55,806 bases of DNA from Candidatus Cryptobacteroides sp. (GTDB lineage Bacteria; Bacteroidota; Bacteroidia; Bacteroidales; UBA932), in the NCBI GenBank assembly GCA_045600345.1, contig JAZRXU010000056.1:1-55806 (forward strand), given 5' to 3'. Of the stretch, positions 19,221 through 28,996 are shown piece by piece (positions within the stretch are counted from its first letter, which is position 1; every line of letters starts with the position of its first letter). The position numbers and the translations under genes were made by a program. A model generated the notes under the pieces. That model did not search any database and was not told the origin of the DNA. It was given only the letters and a program-made list of their open reading frames with translations.

Positions 19221-19946
19221 ATGGCATATCCCCTTACTACAGATAATATCATTAAGGCTGTTCGTCATAAGCTTGACGAACGGAAGATCAGTCTGGATGA
19301 AGAAGTTATAGAATACGGCGAATCAACAGACAATGAGAGCCTGGATCGCATCATCAAGATGCTTTCCGCTGAGGCTATCAATACTGTTCACCGCCTGGCG
19401 CCAGCACCGATGCTGGAGCCTACACAGACTATTACTTCTGCCGTTCCCACCGTGGAACTGCTTGCCGATGATATTCTCAACATCAAGCTGGAACAGCCTG
19501 AGAGTGAGGCGTCGAGGTGGGCTAACCCTTTCTTGAGGCTTGTTGCGTGCAGACCCAAGAATACGGGAAGGCTGATTACCGATGTTATCCCGGAGGACTC
19601 GCCGGAGGGGCGTATGCAACTGAACGAGTATGTACGCGGCACATGGGATGACCCCAGGCTCATACTCCTGCAGGGATGCAGTGCTATGGAGCCTGAGTTC
19701 ATCCTGTATGGCTGCGGTGGAAAAGAAGAGTCTGCGGACTCTGCCCAGGCAGATATATCAGCATCCGACTATCTGAAGGAATTCAGTTGGGTGGAGCAGT
19801 ATATCAGCCAACCCGAATCAGAAACATATCAGGTCTCGTACCAGCTTCTGGAGAACTATATCAACCAGATAACCGGTGCGGTACTGTCAGTATATAAGAA
19901 CGCCGATCAGGCGAATTATTTTTTCACTCTCGCTAAAACATTCTAG
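19221..19946 (+). CDS. Putative head-tail adaptor/structural protein
   Basis: 241 aa; position after MCP. Confidence 0.45.
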   Translation: MAYPLTTDNIIKAVRHKLDERKISLDEEVIEYGESTDNESLDRIIKMLSAEAINTVHRLAPAPMLEPTQTITSAVPTVELLADDILNIKLEQPESEASRWANPFLRLVACRPKNTGRLITDVIPEDSPEGRMQLNEYVRGTWDDPRLILLQGCSAMEPEFILYGCGGKEESADSAQADISASDYLKEFSWVEQYISQPESETYQVSYQLLENYINQITGAVLSVYKNADQANYFFTLAKTF

Positions 19947-19948
19947 TA

Positions 19949-22351
19949 ATGAATCAGTTTGTCCAGGGGACAATCATCCCGGTCGTGTGGCGCTTCGAAA
20001 GACCCAACGGCAATAAATTCTTCATATCGATATACGATATCACTTTGCAGCTCATACATCCGCGTGGTGTAGAAAACATCATGCCGGTGGTAGGTGATGG
20101 CTTTATCACGTTCACGCTCATGCCGCAGTTGCAGAAATCCCTGGGCAAGTATAGCCTTAGGTTGAGCGCCAGCCTTAATGGTGAGCAGGTGCTGCGATGT
20201 GAGCAGAAGGATTTTCTGATGATCACATCAAAACGGTATGCTTCCACCGCTGTGGAGATGATGGCGGATGCGCCGACAGTGGAACTGCTGACCGTCGCCG
20301 AGTTCGGATTGTTCGGTGATGGCATCACAGCCGACGAGGTCCAGGCCCTGCTCAAAGACAAGGTTTCCAAGTCCTACGTTGACGATGCAGTTGGGGCCGA
20401 AGCAGAACGTGCCAAAGCAATGGAGAATGCTCTTATGCAAGAGCACTCCGAGCTGTACGGGTCAATAATGCAAGAGACGCAAAGAGCCGAAGCAGCAGAG
20501 ACAGCGCTCCAAGAGAAAACCAAACACATTTCTTCCAATGGCGAGGATACTACAGAGGTTACTGGAGACTTCGTTGTCAATGGTACGAACATTGTCGATT
20601 CTATTGGAGACCTTGAAGATAAAACTGACAGCATCATCGAGGATGTAAACCAACTCCAAGGCTATACCGGATATGTTGCCAACATCGCAAAAGATGCAGA
20701 GGCCACTGCCAACAAAGCCAAAGCAATCGCTGAAGGCAAGGCAACTGGCTATGTGTTCAATACTGTGGCCGACATGAATGCTTGGATTATGCAGCACAAA
20801 GCTGAATTGCATCTTGGCGACAACCTCTACATTCGTGATACAAATGTTCCCGATTATTGGTGGGATGGCGAGCATGCACAGGAACTGGAAACACAGAAAG
20901 TTGACCTTGATGATTACTACACCAAGGAAGAGACTGGCTCCCTCTTTGCGACTATCCAAAACGTCAATATGATGGGCGAGAATCTCCAGTCCGCTATTGA
21001 TAGTGTTGAAAGCACTTGCAGTGAACGCACAGAGGCTCTGGCAACAGATATCGCTGCGCTTGACGATAACAAACAGGACAACCTGACTGATGCGCAGCTC
21101 GCAGACATTGATTCAGTCCCCGACAAGGCGGACAAAATAAATGTAGCCGACTACTTCCATGAAGGTGCGGTACTGCCATATCCTGCCGCTTATAACTGGT
21201 ACTCACAAATCCCTAATATCGTATCATTCCGCAAAGAGGAATATTTCTATATCGCCTTTTGTGCTACACATGACGGTGCAGAAGCGAAAGGATTGTATTA
21301 TGCCTTCTTCCGTACCCATGAGAGCGACCCTAATAAGATATATACCTTCTTTAAGCTGGTGGACTTCACTACTCCCGAGGATGAATGGTATCAGTTAGGT
21401 CTGCATGTGTTTAACGAGGACTTGAGGGAGAAGGTTACGGAATTGGAAAGTGGCAAACAGAACACTCTCATCCCCGGCTCTGGCATCACCATTGAGGGTA
21501 ATGTTATATCCGCAACGGGAGGTGGCGGCGAAAGTGGCAAGAGAGGTGTTATCTCACAGACGCAGACTTGGGCATCCGATTATAGCGGCTACACTATGAG
21601 CAACCTTGTATGGGGTACTATTCCGCAAGCCAACCTTGACCTATTCCTAACCGCGGGCGCATTATTCAACAATACGGCAAATGTCATTGAGAGGACTGCT
21701 CTCTGGGGCGAAACTGTTCAACACTTGCCTGGCTATTTCTATCTCAATGGACTCGGTGATATTTCATATAATGAGATGATGTTCATATATGAATTAACGA
21801 ACACTGCTGCCGTTTACGAAGATGCAAAAAAAATTGCAGCAGTAGCATACAAGGTTAGAACCAATCTACCTTTTATGAATATGAGATATGGTAGAGATAC
21901 CGGTCCCGAGCAAACCAATGTTGACCTTACCTCATTCTCTAGACCGCCAGCAAATGTTCTCATGTTACCTGGAAGTAACTATTACGGTGATTGGCGGGTA
22001 TCGGGCCTCATGAGTGTATCTTCACTTAAGAGATTCATATGGAACGGCCCAAGAACGTGTCAAGTAGTATTCCCTTACATAAATATTTCTTCATGCAAAA
22101 CACTAGATAGCCTATATTTGGCCTTTGATAACGCAAGGGGACTGCGTATAATATATCTCTATGGTCTCTGCTACTCAATAGATTTCAAGGTAAGCGCATT
22201 CCTGAGGAGAGAGTGCGTACGTTATATGATAGACAACGCAATCAATACAAGTGTGATTACCATCACCCTTCACGCAGATGCCTATGCTCGCTTGACTGAT
22301 GACGATAAAGTCGCAGCAACAACCAAGAACATTAACCTTGTAATTGCTTGA
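19949..22351 (+). CDS. Tail fibre/receptor-binding protein
   Basis: Coiled-coil EAERA/ETQRA repeats, KQNTLIPGSGITIEGNVISATGGGG linker, mosaic C-terminus ending ITITLHADAYARLT...KNINL. Confidence 0.65.
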   Translation: MNQFVQGTIIPVVWRFERPNGNKFFISIYDITLQLIHPRGVENIMPVVGDGFITFTLMPQLQKSLGKYSLRLSASLNGEQVLRCEQKDFLMITSKRYASTAVEMMADAPTVELLTVAEFGLFGDGITADEVQALLKDKVSKSYVDDAVGAEAERAKAMENALMQEHSELYGSIMQETQRAEAAETALQEKTKHISSNGEDTTEVTGDFVVNGTNIVDSIGDLEDKTDSIIEDVNQLQGYTGYVANIAKDAEATANKAKAIAEGKATGYVFNTVADMNAWIMQHKAELHLGDNLYIRDTNVPDYWWDGEHAQELETQKVDLDDYYTKEETGSLFATIQNVNMMGENLQSAIDSVESTCSERTEALATDIAALDDNKQDNLTDAQLADIDSVPDKADKINVADYFHEGAVLPYPAAYNWYSQIPNIVSFRKEEYFYIAFCATHDGAEAKGLYYAFFRTHESDPNKIYTFFKLVDFTTPEDEWYQLGLHVFNEDLREKVTELESGKQNTLIPGSGITIEGNVISATGGGGESGKRGVISQTQTWASDYSGYTMSNLVWGTIPQANLDLFLTAGALFNNTANVIERTALWGETVQHLPGYFYLNGLGDISYNEMMFIYELTNTAAVYEDAKKIAAVAYKVRTNLPFMNMRYGRDTGPEQTNVDLTSFSRPPANVLMLPGSNYYGDWRVSGLMSVSSLKRFIWNGPRTCQVVFPYINISSCKTLDSLYLAFDNARGLRIIYLYGLCYSIDFKVSAFLRRECVRYMIDNAINTSVITITLHADAYARLTDDDKVAATTKNINLVIA

Positions 22352-22355
22352 TGAT

Positions 22356-22565
22356 ATGATAGGAATAGAACTCATTGCGCCAGAGGGCAAGGCTCTCAAA
22401 CGCATCAACGAAGAAGGCAGAATAGAATACTGCCGAGGCGGTTACTTCACCGAGGAGAGGGCGAAGGAGTACACTGAGTGTCCTCTGGAGGAATACCTTG
22501 CGTGGCAGAAAGCCGAGGAGGAAAGGCTGGCAGCGGAGAATCCATTTAATGATGAGGAGTTATAG
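22356..22565 (+). CDS. Small tail-fibre-associated protein
   Basis: Follows the fibre gene; LIAPEGKAL motif. Confidence 0.5.
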   Translation: MIGIELIAPEGKALKRINEEGRIEYCRGGYFTEERAKEYTECPLEEYLAWQKAEEERLAAENPFNDEEL

Positions 22566-22569
22566 CATA

Positions 22570-22739
22570 GGAGGGCAGGCTCATACTGCCGCGACTGCGA
22601 AAAATGATGTGGAACAACATCAAGCCCTATGAGCATACTTGCCCTCCGTTTTTATTTGCAGAGAAACTCCATCGGTGCAAATAAAACTGCCCTTGCGAGC
22701 GCAAAGGCAGTGACAAAAGTTAAAAACATTGCAAATATA
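22570..22739. ncRNA. Structured intergenic element (three hairpins), candidate sRNA
   Basis: Inverted repeats 22570-22647, 22650-22686 and 22686-22711; minus-strand TATATTTG at 22732-22739. Confidence 0.45.
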
Positions 22740-22777
22740 CGAATGTAAATGTTACGAACACACTAAAACACTATATT

Positions 22778-22957
22778 ATGAGCAAGAAAGTATTTAACCT
22801 TGTAAGCACCCTCGTAGGTGCAGTCTCAACAGCAGCAGTCGCTATCGTGACCTACTGCGTGAACGACCCCGCTACTGCGGCTGCAATCAATGGTAGCATC
22901 ACCGCTGGTTGTGCGGCTATCATCGCTATTTGCAAGAACTTCGTCAAAGAAGATTAA
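22778..22957 (+). CDS. 59-aa two-TM holin-like protein (not in ORF track)
   Basis: MSKKVFNLVSTLVGAVSTAAVAIVTYC...AIIAICKNFVKED*; AT-rich leader; upstream of endolysin. Confidence 0.65.
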   Translation: MSKKVFNLVSTLVGAVSTAAVAIVTYCVNDPATAAAINGSITAGCAAIIAICKNFVKED

Positions 22958-22964
22958 ATCCCCT

Positions 22965-23006
22965 GGGGGCAGGCGTGGCTAATCCCTGCGCATACTTGCC
23001 CCCTTT
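22965..23006 (+). terminator. Hairpin/terminator
   Basis: GGGGGCA...TGCCCCC followed by TTT. Confidence 0.5.
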
Positions 23007-23020
23007 AACTTGAAAAGACT

Positions 23021-23161
23021 ATGTACGAACTGATATACAACACTTCCGATAGCATGCTTGTCCATAGGCAGTTGCTCATCACCCGTCTGGGATGCAAGAT
23101 TTTGACCTGTATCCTCAGACGTTACTTCGGATGTTATAATTTTAGAACACACCAGTTATGA
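23021..23161 (+). CDS. 46-aa hypothetical protein coupled to the endolysin
   Basis: MYELIYNTSD...RTHQL*; ATGA overlap with the endolysin start. Confidence 0.4.
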   Translation: MYELIYNTSDSMLVHRQLLITRLGCKILTCILRRYFGCYNFRTHQL

Positions 23162-23658
23162 AAAAAGAAGACGTTGACGCAATCGTCATCCATTGCTCGG
23201 CAACTCGGGAAGGTAAACCCTTCTTTGCAAAGGACATCGAGAGGTGGCACAAGGAGCGAGGTTTCCGGACGATCGGCTATCACTTTGTGATTGATTTGGA
23301 CGGCACGATAGAGAAAGGTCGCCCGACTGACGAGCAGGGAGCGCACGCGAATACTGCAGGTCTCTCGCGCAGCTCTTACAATAAGCATTCAATCGGCATC
23401 TGCTACATTGGCGGACTGACGGCCGACGGCAAGACCTGGAAGGATACTCGTACCGATAAACAGAAGGTCTCTATGCGCAAGCTGGTGGAGCAGCTCGTGG
23501 AAGAGTTTCCGAATGTCAAGGAAGTCATCGGCCACCGCGATACATCTCCAGATCGCAATGGAAACGGCGAGGTGGAGCAGGGAGAGTGGATTAAGAGCTG
23601 TCCGTGCTTCGAAGTGCGCGATGAGTTCCCTATGGCCGTATGTGAAGCTAGGGGATAG
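23158..23658 (+). CDS. Endolysin, N-acetylmuramoyl-L-alanine amidase (Amidase_2)
   Basis: IVIHCSAT, IGYHFVI, GAHA, SIGICYIGG, GHRD, KSCPCF. Confidence 0.92.
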   Translation: MKKEDVDAIVIHCSATREGKPFFAKDIERWHKERGFRTIGYHFVIDLDGTIEKGRPTDEQGAHANTAGLSRSSYNKHSIGICYIGGLTADGKTWKDTRTDKQKVSMRKLVEQLVEEFPNVKEVIGHRDTSPDRNGNGEVEQGEWIKSCPCFEVRDEFPMAVCEARG

Positions 23659-23665
23659 TCTGGCG

Positions 23666-23947
23666 CTATCTGTTGATGTCGTAGTAACTAATTATGAGTT
23701 TCTGACGACGGCGTGTAATAATCTCATATAGCCTTGTATTGTTATGAGATACTTCCCACGCCAGCTGATGACCAATTGATTCCGCCTGATCCGTTATGTC
23801 ACGAAGGTTGTGGCCGTTGAGGATATCTTCAGCTATTTCTTCACATACGAAAGGACAGAAACCAGTGTTATATTCAACTCCATCTAAGGAGTATTCGTAA
23901 CTGTTGTTCATGTTGCCGCACCAGTCAGCTAGCTCTTGCTTTGTCAT
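23666..23947 (-). CDS. Hypothetical moron-like protein with own promoter
   Basis: Start MTKQEL at 23947; minus-strand TATATTTG at 23970-23977. Confidence 0.6.
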   Translation of the reverse strand: MTKQELADWCGNMNNSYEYSLDGVEYNTGFCPFVCEEIAEDILNGHNLRDITDQAESIGHQLAWEVSHNNTRLYEIITRRRQKLIISYYDINR

Positions 23948-24001
23948 AAGTGTTGTTCTGATTGTTATGCAAATATAGAAAAAAGCTTCAAATAATGTTG
24001 T

Positions 24002-24047
24002 TAGGGTCAAGATAAAGTTTCCTATCTAATGATGTTGAATATATTTA
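24002..24047 (+). promoter_or_regulatory. Phage promoter box copy 5 (degenerate)
   Basis: TAGGGTCAAGATAAAGTTT, then TATATTTA at 19 nt spacing. Confidence 0.6.
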
Positions 24048-24066
24048 TGGAAGAAAAATAAATGTT

Positions 24067-24459
24067 ATGATAAAGACAGAGTTGTTTGGAACGCTTCTCA
24101 AAGAGGTATGTCGCATATGCAAGGTCCGCGAGCAGGATCTGATGAACTACTGTAAACTCCAGAGCGTCGTGGACGCCCGTGTGATACTGGTGTACTACCT
24201 GCGCCGTGCTGGCTTCTGTAACGAGGATATTGCCACGATGTTTCTATGCTACGGCCAAGATCAGAACTATATCCCTGATAACAAGGAGATAGCCCGCAAG
24301 GCTAAGGGAATCGATAAAATGTGGTATGCATTCCAAGACAAGCTCAGCCAGTCATACTTATTTGGAATTATGGCCCGCGAGGTGAAGGAGTTTTGTATAA
24401 GTACCTATGGTGGGAATCTTTACCAACTGGGTATGAAACAACTTCCTATTAAAAAGTAA
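24067..24459 (+). CDS. Small HTH protein resembling the DnaA C-terminal DNA-binding fold
   Basis: VVDARVILVYYL...GFCNEDIA pattern. Confidence 0.5.
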   Translation: MIKTELFGTLLKEVCRICKVREQDLMNYCKLQSVVDARVILVYYLRRAGFCNEDIATMFLCYGQDQNYIPDNKEIARKAKGIDKMWYAFQDKLSQSYLFGIMAREVKEFCISTYGGNLYQLGMKQLPIKK

Positions 24460-24588
24460 TCAATTCTCTATAAATATACTCCCAACGTCCTATAAACCAC
24501 CCGATTAACTTCTGGGTGGTTTCTTCATGTCTGACGAACTTTGCAATGCGGTTAATGGTGACCGTAACCTTAAAAATAGTTTAATACT

Positions 24589-25281
24589 ATGTCAGACAAA
24601 ACAACCTTTATTTACACTCCCGAGGGAGCGACCGGAGGCGGTTTCGATGCAAACCTTCTCGCGGCAATGAATGGCGGAGGCTTTGGTGGTGGTATGAACA
24701 ACCCTTTCTGGGCAATCATCCTTCTCGCATTCCTGCGCAACAACTTCGGTTGGAGCGGTGACGGCTGCAACTGCAACGCCAACTATGTGGCTTCGCAGAT
24801 TAGCCAGGCTGTTGCCGGCAATGGCAATGCAATCTCCAACCTTGCAACCAATCTCAACTGCTCTATCGGTCAGATCCAGCAGGCTATTGCGGCTGTTCAA
24901 CAGCAGATGACCAACATCGGCTACGAGAATCGCATCAACAACACTGAGCAGACTGCCATCCTTGGCGGCAAGATTGACCAGCAGACTACTCTCATCAACG
25001 ACAAATTCTGTCAGCTCGAGATGCGCGGCATCCAGGACAAGCTCGACGCAGAGAGGGCTAAGAACCTTGCTCTGACCAACCAGCTGAGCCAGGAGCATCA
25101 GAACGCTTACTTCGCGTCTATGATTGCGCCTATCCAGAACGAGATTGCAGGTATCAAGTGCCGTCTCCCTGAGACCGTGAATGTTCCTGCACCCGTCGGT
25201 ACACTCATCCCTTCATGCGTGTCATGGCAGCTTGGTCTGCAGAACCTCGGCTTGAATCCCGCTGGTCCCATCTGGTCATAA
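24589..25281 (+). CDS. Conserved phage hypothetical protein (Gly/Asn-rich, coiled coil)
   Basis: GGGFGGGMNNPFWAIILLAFL, DKFCQLEMR. Confidence 0.7.
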   Translation: MSDKTTFIYTPEGATGGGFDANLLAAMNGGGFGGGMNNPFWAIILLAFLRNNFGWSGDGCNCNANYVASQISQAVAGNGNAISNLATNLNCSIGQIQQAIAAVQQQMTNIGYENRINNTEQTAILGGKIDQQTTLINDKFCQLEMRGIQDKLDAERAKNLALTNQLSQEHQNAYFASMIAPIQNEIAGIKCRLPETVNVPAPVGTLIPSCVSWQLGLQNLGLNPAGPIWS

Positions 25282-25331
25282 AGTATAACAGGGGGGTGGG
25301 AGTATTCTCGCCCCCATAATTATCAATCGAT

Positions 25332-25673
25332 ATGGGAAATACATCCATTAAGAGAGTGAACAGATTAGGCGTTCCTACAATTGCTAATATCGGTTCAAGT
25401 CTTACAACTGCGAGGGAGACGATTACATTCAATAACCACCCAAACCTGAGTGATAATTTTCAGGGGCACTTTACCGCCTATATTTCCAATCTACCTACCG
25501 CCCCAACAACAGCAGTGCCAGTATATTTTAATACGGACGGCGTTCTGGGGTCAGACAAACAGGTGTTTGATTGTAAGGGTACTGCAGTAACCACATCCAA
25601 TCTTACTAATGGAGTGTGGCCATGCTTTTATGACAACACTACGGGAAAGGTTAGGGTGATGCTTTCCTTCTAA
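25332..25673 (+). CDS. Hypothetical protein
   Basis: 113 aa in operon. Confidence 0.65.
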   Translation: MGNTSIKRVNRLGVPTIANIGSSLTTARETITFNNHPNLSDNFQGHFTAYISNLPTAPTTAVPVYFNTDGVLGSDKQVFDCKGTAVTTSNLTNGVWPCFYDNTTGKVRVMLSF

Positions 25674-25704
25674 AACTTATCAGTAACAACAAACAAATCT
25701 TATC

Positions 25705-26202
25705 ATGTTCCAGAATCTTCGAAAAGGCGCACCGTTCTATATCTTGTACAAGAACGATCTATGTGTCAAAATTGGCGAGGTGGACGAGGTCGGTGCACCA
25801 GTTCCACAATTCGGCCCTACGTACAATAATGGTGTTCTTACGCCGCCACGTTCCCTGATTGAAATCAAGGTCCTGATGGATGGCGGGACTATTACACTTC
25901 AGGCGTTGCCGGCCGAGGCCAGCATCGCGGACTTCAAAAACGGAATGGTCGTCAGCGAAAGCAAGGACGCTATCCTCAGCGAAGTCGAGGCGATGGAGAA
26001 ATCGAGTGAGAAAGCGTTGGCCGACCGGCCTCGCCATGAGAAAACAATCGCTGCTTGTAGAGATATGAAAGTCCTTTTGAATCCTCAGATAGCCAAAGAG
26101 GAGGAGCAGGCTCGGGAGATTGAAGGCTTAAAGAGTGAGATCTCCGAGTTGAAAGGGCTCCTGATCAAGGCTCTGGGCAAGAAAGACAAAGAAAAAGAAT
26201 AG
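25705..26202 (+). CDS. Hypothetical protein
   Basis: 165 aa, MFQNLRKG start, C-terminal coiled coil. Confidence 0.7.
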   Translation: MFQNLRKGAPFYILYKNDLCVKIGEVDEVGAPVPQFGPTYNNGVLTPPRSLIEIKVLMDGGTITLQALPAEASIADFKNGMVVSESKDAILSEVEAMEKSSEKALADRPRHEKTIAACRDMKVLLNPQIAKEEEQAREIEGLKSEISELKGLLIKALGKKDKEKE

Positions 26203-26213
26203 GAGATAAAATT

Positions 26214-26420
26214 ATGGCATGGACAGAATTGCATGAACGTCACTCCAGGAGTGACAAGAAATCCGCCAAGGAGATTTACGAACTCCTTGATTGCCTTGAG
26301 GATAAGCTTGATGAACTTCGCGACTGTATCGAAGATATGGACGAGAAGTACAGCGAGCGCGACGATTACGACGGAGGCGACATGCGCGAACGTCGTGGCG
26401 GACGTTCTATGAGGCGTTAA
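26214..26420 (+). CDS. Hypothetical protein
   Basis: 68 aa, acidic then Arg-rich; followed by a GC hairpin at 26426-26450. Confidence 0.65.
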   Translation: MAWTELHERHSRSDKKSAKEIYELLDCLEDKLDELRDCIEDMDEKYSERDDYDGGDMRERRGGRSMRR

Positions 26421-26463
26421 CAATCGGGGCGGTACCAGCCCGCCCCTTTTAACTTGACAGATT

Positions 26464-26865
26464 ATGGATAGACGAGATGTATACGAAGTGCGCCCCGCTG
26501 GCATGGACCAGTATCTTGCATCGTACGGGTGGCACTTCTCAAAAAAGATGTACGAGTGGGCCGTCTCAATGATGAGCTCGCGTACGGGCGAGAAAATTAC
26601 TCCAGTTGCTAAGGAGGAGTTCGATTCGATGATGCAGCGTTATGGCAGCACCACATTGGTGTATAAGGGCTATGATGCTTTGTATGTCTTTGCTATGGCG
26701 AAGGCGGACTTCCTCGGTTCCTCACTGCAAACCGAACAGCAGGCGTGTCGCTTTGTGAGGGATTACCTGGAGGATAAGGATGGCTACGACGGCGTGACTT
26801 TCACTAGGTTCTACGCTGACTGCATAGCGAAAGGAATGCCGATTCTCTGGGAGGAGATGATGTGA
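26464..26865 (+). CDS. Conserved phage hypothetical protein
   Basis: YGWHFSKKMYEWAVSMM...MAKADF...DKDGYDG...W motifs. Confidence 0.7.
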   Translation: MDRRDVYEVRPAGMDQYLASYGWHFSKKMYEWAVSMMSSRTGEKITPVAKEEFDSMMQRYGSTTLVYKGYDALYVFAMAKADFLGSSLQTEQQACRFVRDYLEDKDGYDGVTFTRFYADCIAKGMPILWEEMM

Positions 26866-27272
26866 TCCACCGTCGTGTTGTCATAAACGAGTGGGCGTGC
26901 GAGTTCTATTTCGCGATGGGTGCTTATCGGCGCAGGGAGATTCTTGGACAACTGGTCAGCTGTAAGGCTCCGACATCTATCCTCAGGCGTGTCAGCCGTA
27001 GAATGAGGGCCGACAAACCCAACACTGGTTTTACATATTCGAACCAGGAGATTCGCAAGAGCATCATCGTGATTGGCAACAGCAGCAGTGGATCCGAATT
27101 CCTCAATAGCTTTGTGCACGAGCTTCGGCATTTGACAGACGATATCGCCGTGGCCGATGGCATGCAACTCTCGGGTGAACCCGTCGCATACCTGGCCGGC
27201 GATATCGCGAATGAATTGTCAGATGTTGTCTGTAGGCTTTGCTGCAGGCCACATTGCAACTGTGGTAAATGA
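26862..27272 (+). CDS. Hypothetical protein with HExxH (possible zinc peptidase)
   Basis: NSFVHELRHL...GEPVAYLAG. Confidence 0.6.
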   Translation: MIHRRVVINEWACEFYFAMGAYRRREILGQLVSCKAPTSILRRVSRRMRADKPNTGFTYSNQEIRKSIIVIGNSSSGSEFLNSFVHELRHLTDDIAVADGMQLSGEPVAYLAGDIANELSDVVCRLCCRPHCNCGK

Positions 27273-27572
27273 TACCATGGGGTCCCCAAGGTCCACACGA
27301 GTCAGAGCTTCGAGTGGAAGAATTTTTCTCGCTGGACCTGGACTGTTCCATAAATCGTACTTACAGTTAATTCGCACACATTCTTTTATTGCTTCGTTTC
27401 GCAGGCGTGTGCCAACCTTTTTGGTGAGCCCTTTTGCAAAAAACGGGATGTCTGTATACAGTAACAGACCTTTAGCTCTTATCAAATAATCATGTAATAT
27501 GAGCGTTTGATTGTAGAATATCTGCCACTTGATAAGTCTCTTCAGATGTTTCTTGGCGATTCTTCGTTTCAT
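27219..27572 (-). CDS. Hypothetical protein
   Basis: Last gene of the leftward early operon. Confidence 0.5.
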   Translation of the reverse strand: MKRRIAKKHLKRLIKWQIFYNQTLILHDYLIRAKGLLLYTDIPFFAKGLTKKVGTRLRNEAIKECVRINCKYDLWNSPGPARKILPLEALTRVDLGDPMVSFTTVAMWPAAKPTDNI

Positions 27573-27584
27573 TTTATTGATGAT

Positions 27585-28238
27585 TTAGGAAACCTCTGCT
27601 TTCATTTCCATCCTTCTGTCGAAGTCTACGAACCTGCAGATCTTTTCACGGAAGTCGTCCAGGGCCTTAAGAAAATTATCAAAGTACTCCTCGGACATCT
27701 CATATCCGGTCCAGCCAGGTTTACCTTCTGTATATTTGGTGGCCAGCTTTCTTGTCCATGATAGGCATCCATTCAGGGCGTTGTTACATGAAGCGATACC
27801 TCTCCATGTATAGAATGAACCCCAGAAGTCCTGCGCGAAACGGGCGAGCCTGTTCATGAGTAGTAGGGCAGAGATTACTTGCCGTTCCTGTGGTATGCCT
27901 ACCGGGAAGCAGCGCATCATCTTGGCCTGCAGAGAAATGATGTCTGTATAGAGCGATGAGCGGAAAGCGTCCATCTTGTCACAGACAGCGTCGTGCATAT
28001 CCTCAGGGATATTGTTGAATAGTTCCTGATTGAACTTATTGTAGCTCTCTATGAATCGTTTGCGAAATAGCTTGCACTCCCTGTCAAGTTCCAAATCCTT
28101 GATATCTCTTCGGTAATATTCGTACGCCACATCCATGATGATGTACGGCATGATTATGACGCATGATTCGTCGTTATTGATTATTCGCCAGCCTTTCCCT
28201 TTGGCGTAGGCGACGGTGATGTCAGATGCTGTTATCAT
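27585..28238 (-). CDS. Hypothetical protein
   Basis: 217 aa, packed operon. Confidence 0.7.
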   Translation of the reverse strand: MITASDITVAYAKGKGWRIINNDESCVIIMPYIIMDVAYEYYRRDIKDLELDRECKLFRKRFIESYNKFNQELFNNIPEDMHDAVCDKMDAFRSSLYTDIISLQAKMMRCFPVGIPQERQVISALLLMNRLARFAQDFWGSFYTWRGIASCNNALNGCLSWTRKLATKYTEGKPGWTGYEMSEEYFDNFLKALDDFREKICRFVDFDRRMEMKAEVS

Positions 28239-28247
28239 TCTTTTATC

Positions 28248-28559
28248 TTAATGATTCCTATACTTTTCAGGATGCCTCCAGCCTTTTGATCTAGCATACT
28301 CTTCTCGTGCATTATATAGAGCCTCTCGCGCATCGTAAACTTCTTGGTAGCTATATGTCTTGGAATATCCAGGAGTATAAATTGCCTTCATGAGATAGTC
28401 TCTTTCAAGTTCTCTGAGATGAGGATCTTCATTTATTTCGTATGTTCTGCTCCACTCCCGACTAGCCATTCGGTGCCCTATGACATCTGTGGCAAATACA
28501 GTTAGGACAATCAGGGCAGCCCCGATCGCGATAGCAAATAAAAAGTTATTTTCTTTCAT
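28248..28559 (-). CDS. Hypothetical membrane-anchored protein
   Basis: N-terminal TM segment. Confidence 0.6.
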   Translation of the reverse strand: MKENNFLFAIAIGAALIVLTVFATDVIGHRMASREWSRTYEINEDPHLRELERDYLMKAIYTPGYSKTYSYQEVYDAREALYNAREEYARSKGWRHPEKYRNH

Positions 28560-28621
28560 ATTCTAATCCTCCTTTGGATTTGTGTGGCAAAGCAGGTAAC
28601 AACAAACGTTTTCATAATGTT

Positions 28622-28996
28622 TTATATAAGTGTTTTCAGATACTCTATCTCTTCAGCATATATTCGGCAGTTTTCTTCACAACAGGAAATGTCTCGAATA
28701 AACTTCTTAATATGGTGTTTTCTGGCCTTGCGATATCTATAACCATCTGGGGAAAAGTCACCATAAACAGTACCTTTTAATCCTATTGCACTTCTACCTA
28801 CTGAACAGCGTGCAGCACAATCTGCATCATAATCAAAACGTTTAATGAGCATAATACCTGTTATTGTGTAAGGCTCAATTGCTGTGTCTATGTATCCGTT
28901 AGAATTGTATTGTTGTCCTCGTACATTATAAAGAATAACATCGCCTACCTTAAATTTCCTATTAATCGATGGTTTAGTGTAATCAATCGTTCTCAT
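28622..28996 (-). CDS. Hypothetical protein
   Basis: Likely start MRTID, ATGA-coupled to the upstream gene. Confidence 0.55.
   Translation of the reverse strand: MRTIDYTKPSINRKFKVGDVILYNVRGQQYNSNGYIDTAIEPYTITGIMLIKRFDYDADCAARCSVGRSAIGLKGTVYGDFSPDGYRYRKARKHHIKKFIRDISCCEENCRIYAEEIEYLKTLI

Noticed and set aside
19949-22777. Diversity-generating retroelement or invertible tail-fibre system
   Set aside because: No reverse transcriptase, no TR/VR pair and no invertase seen.
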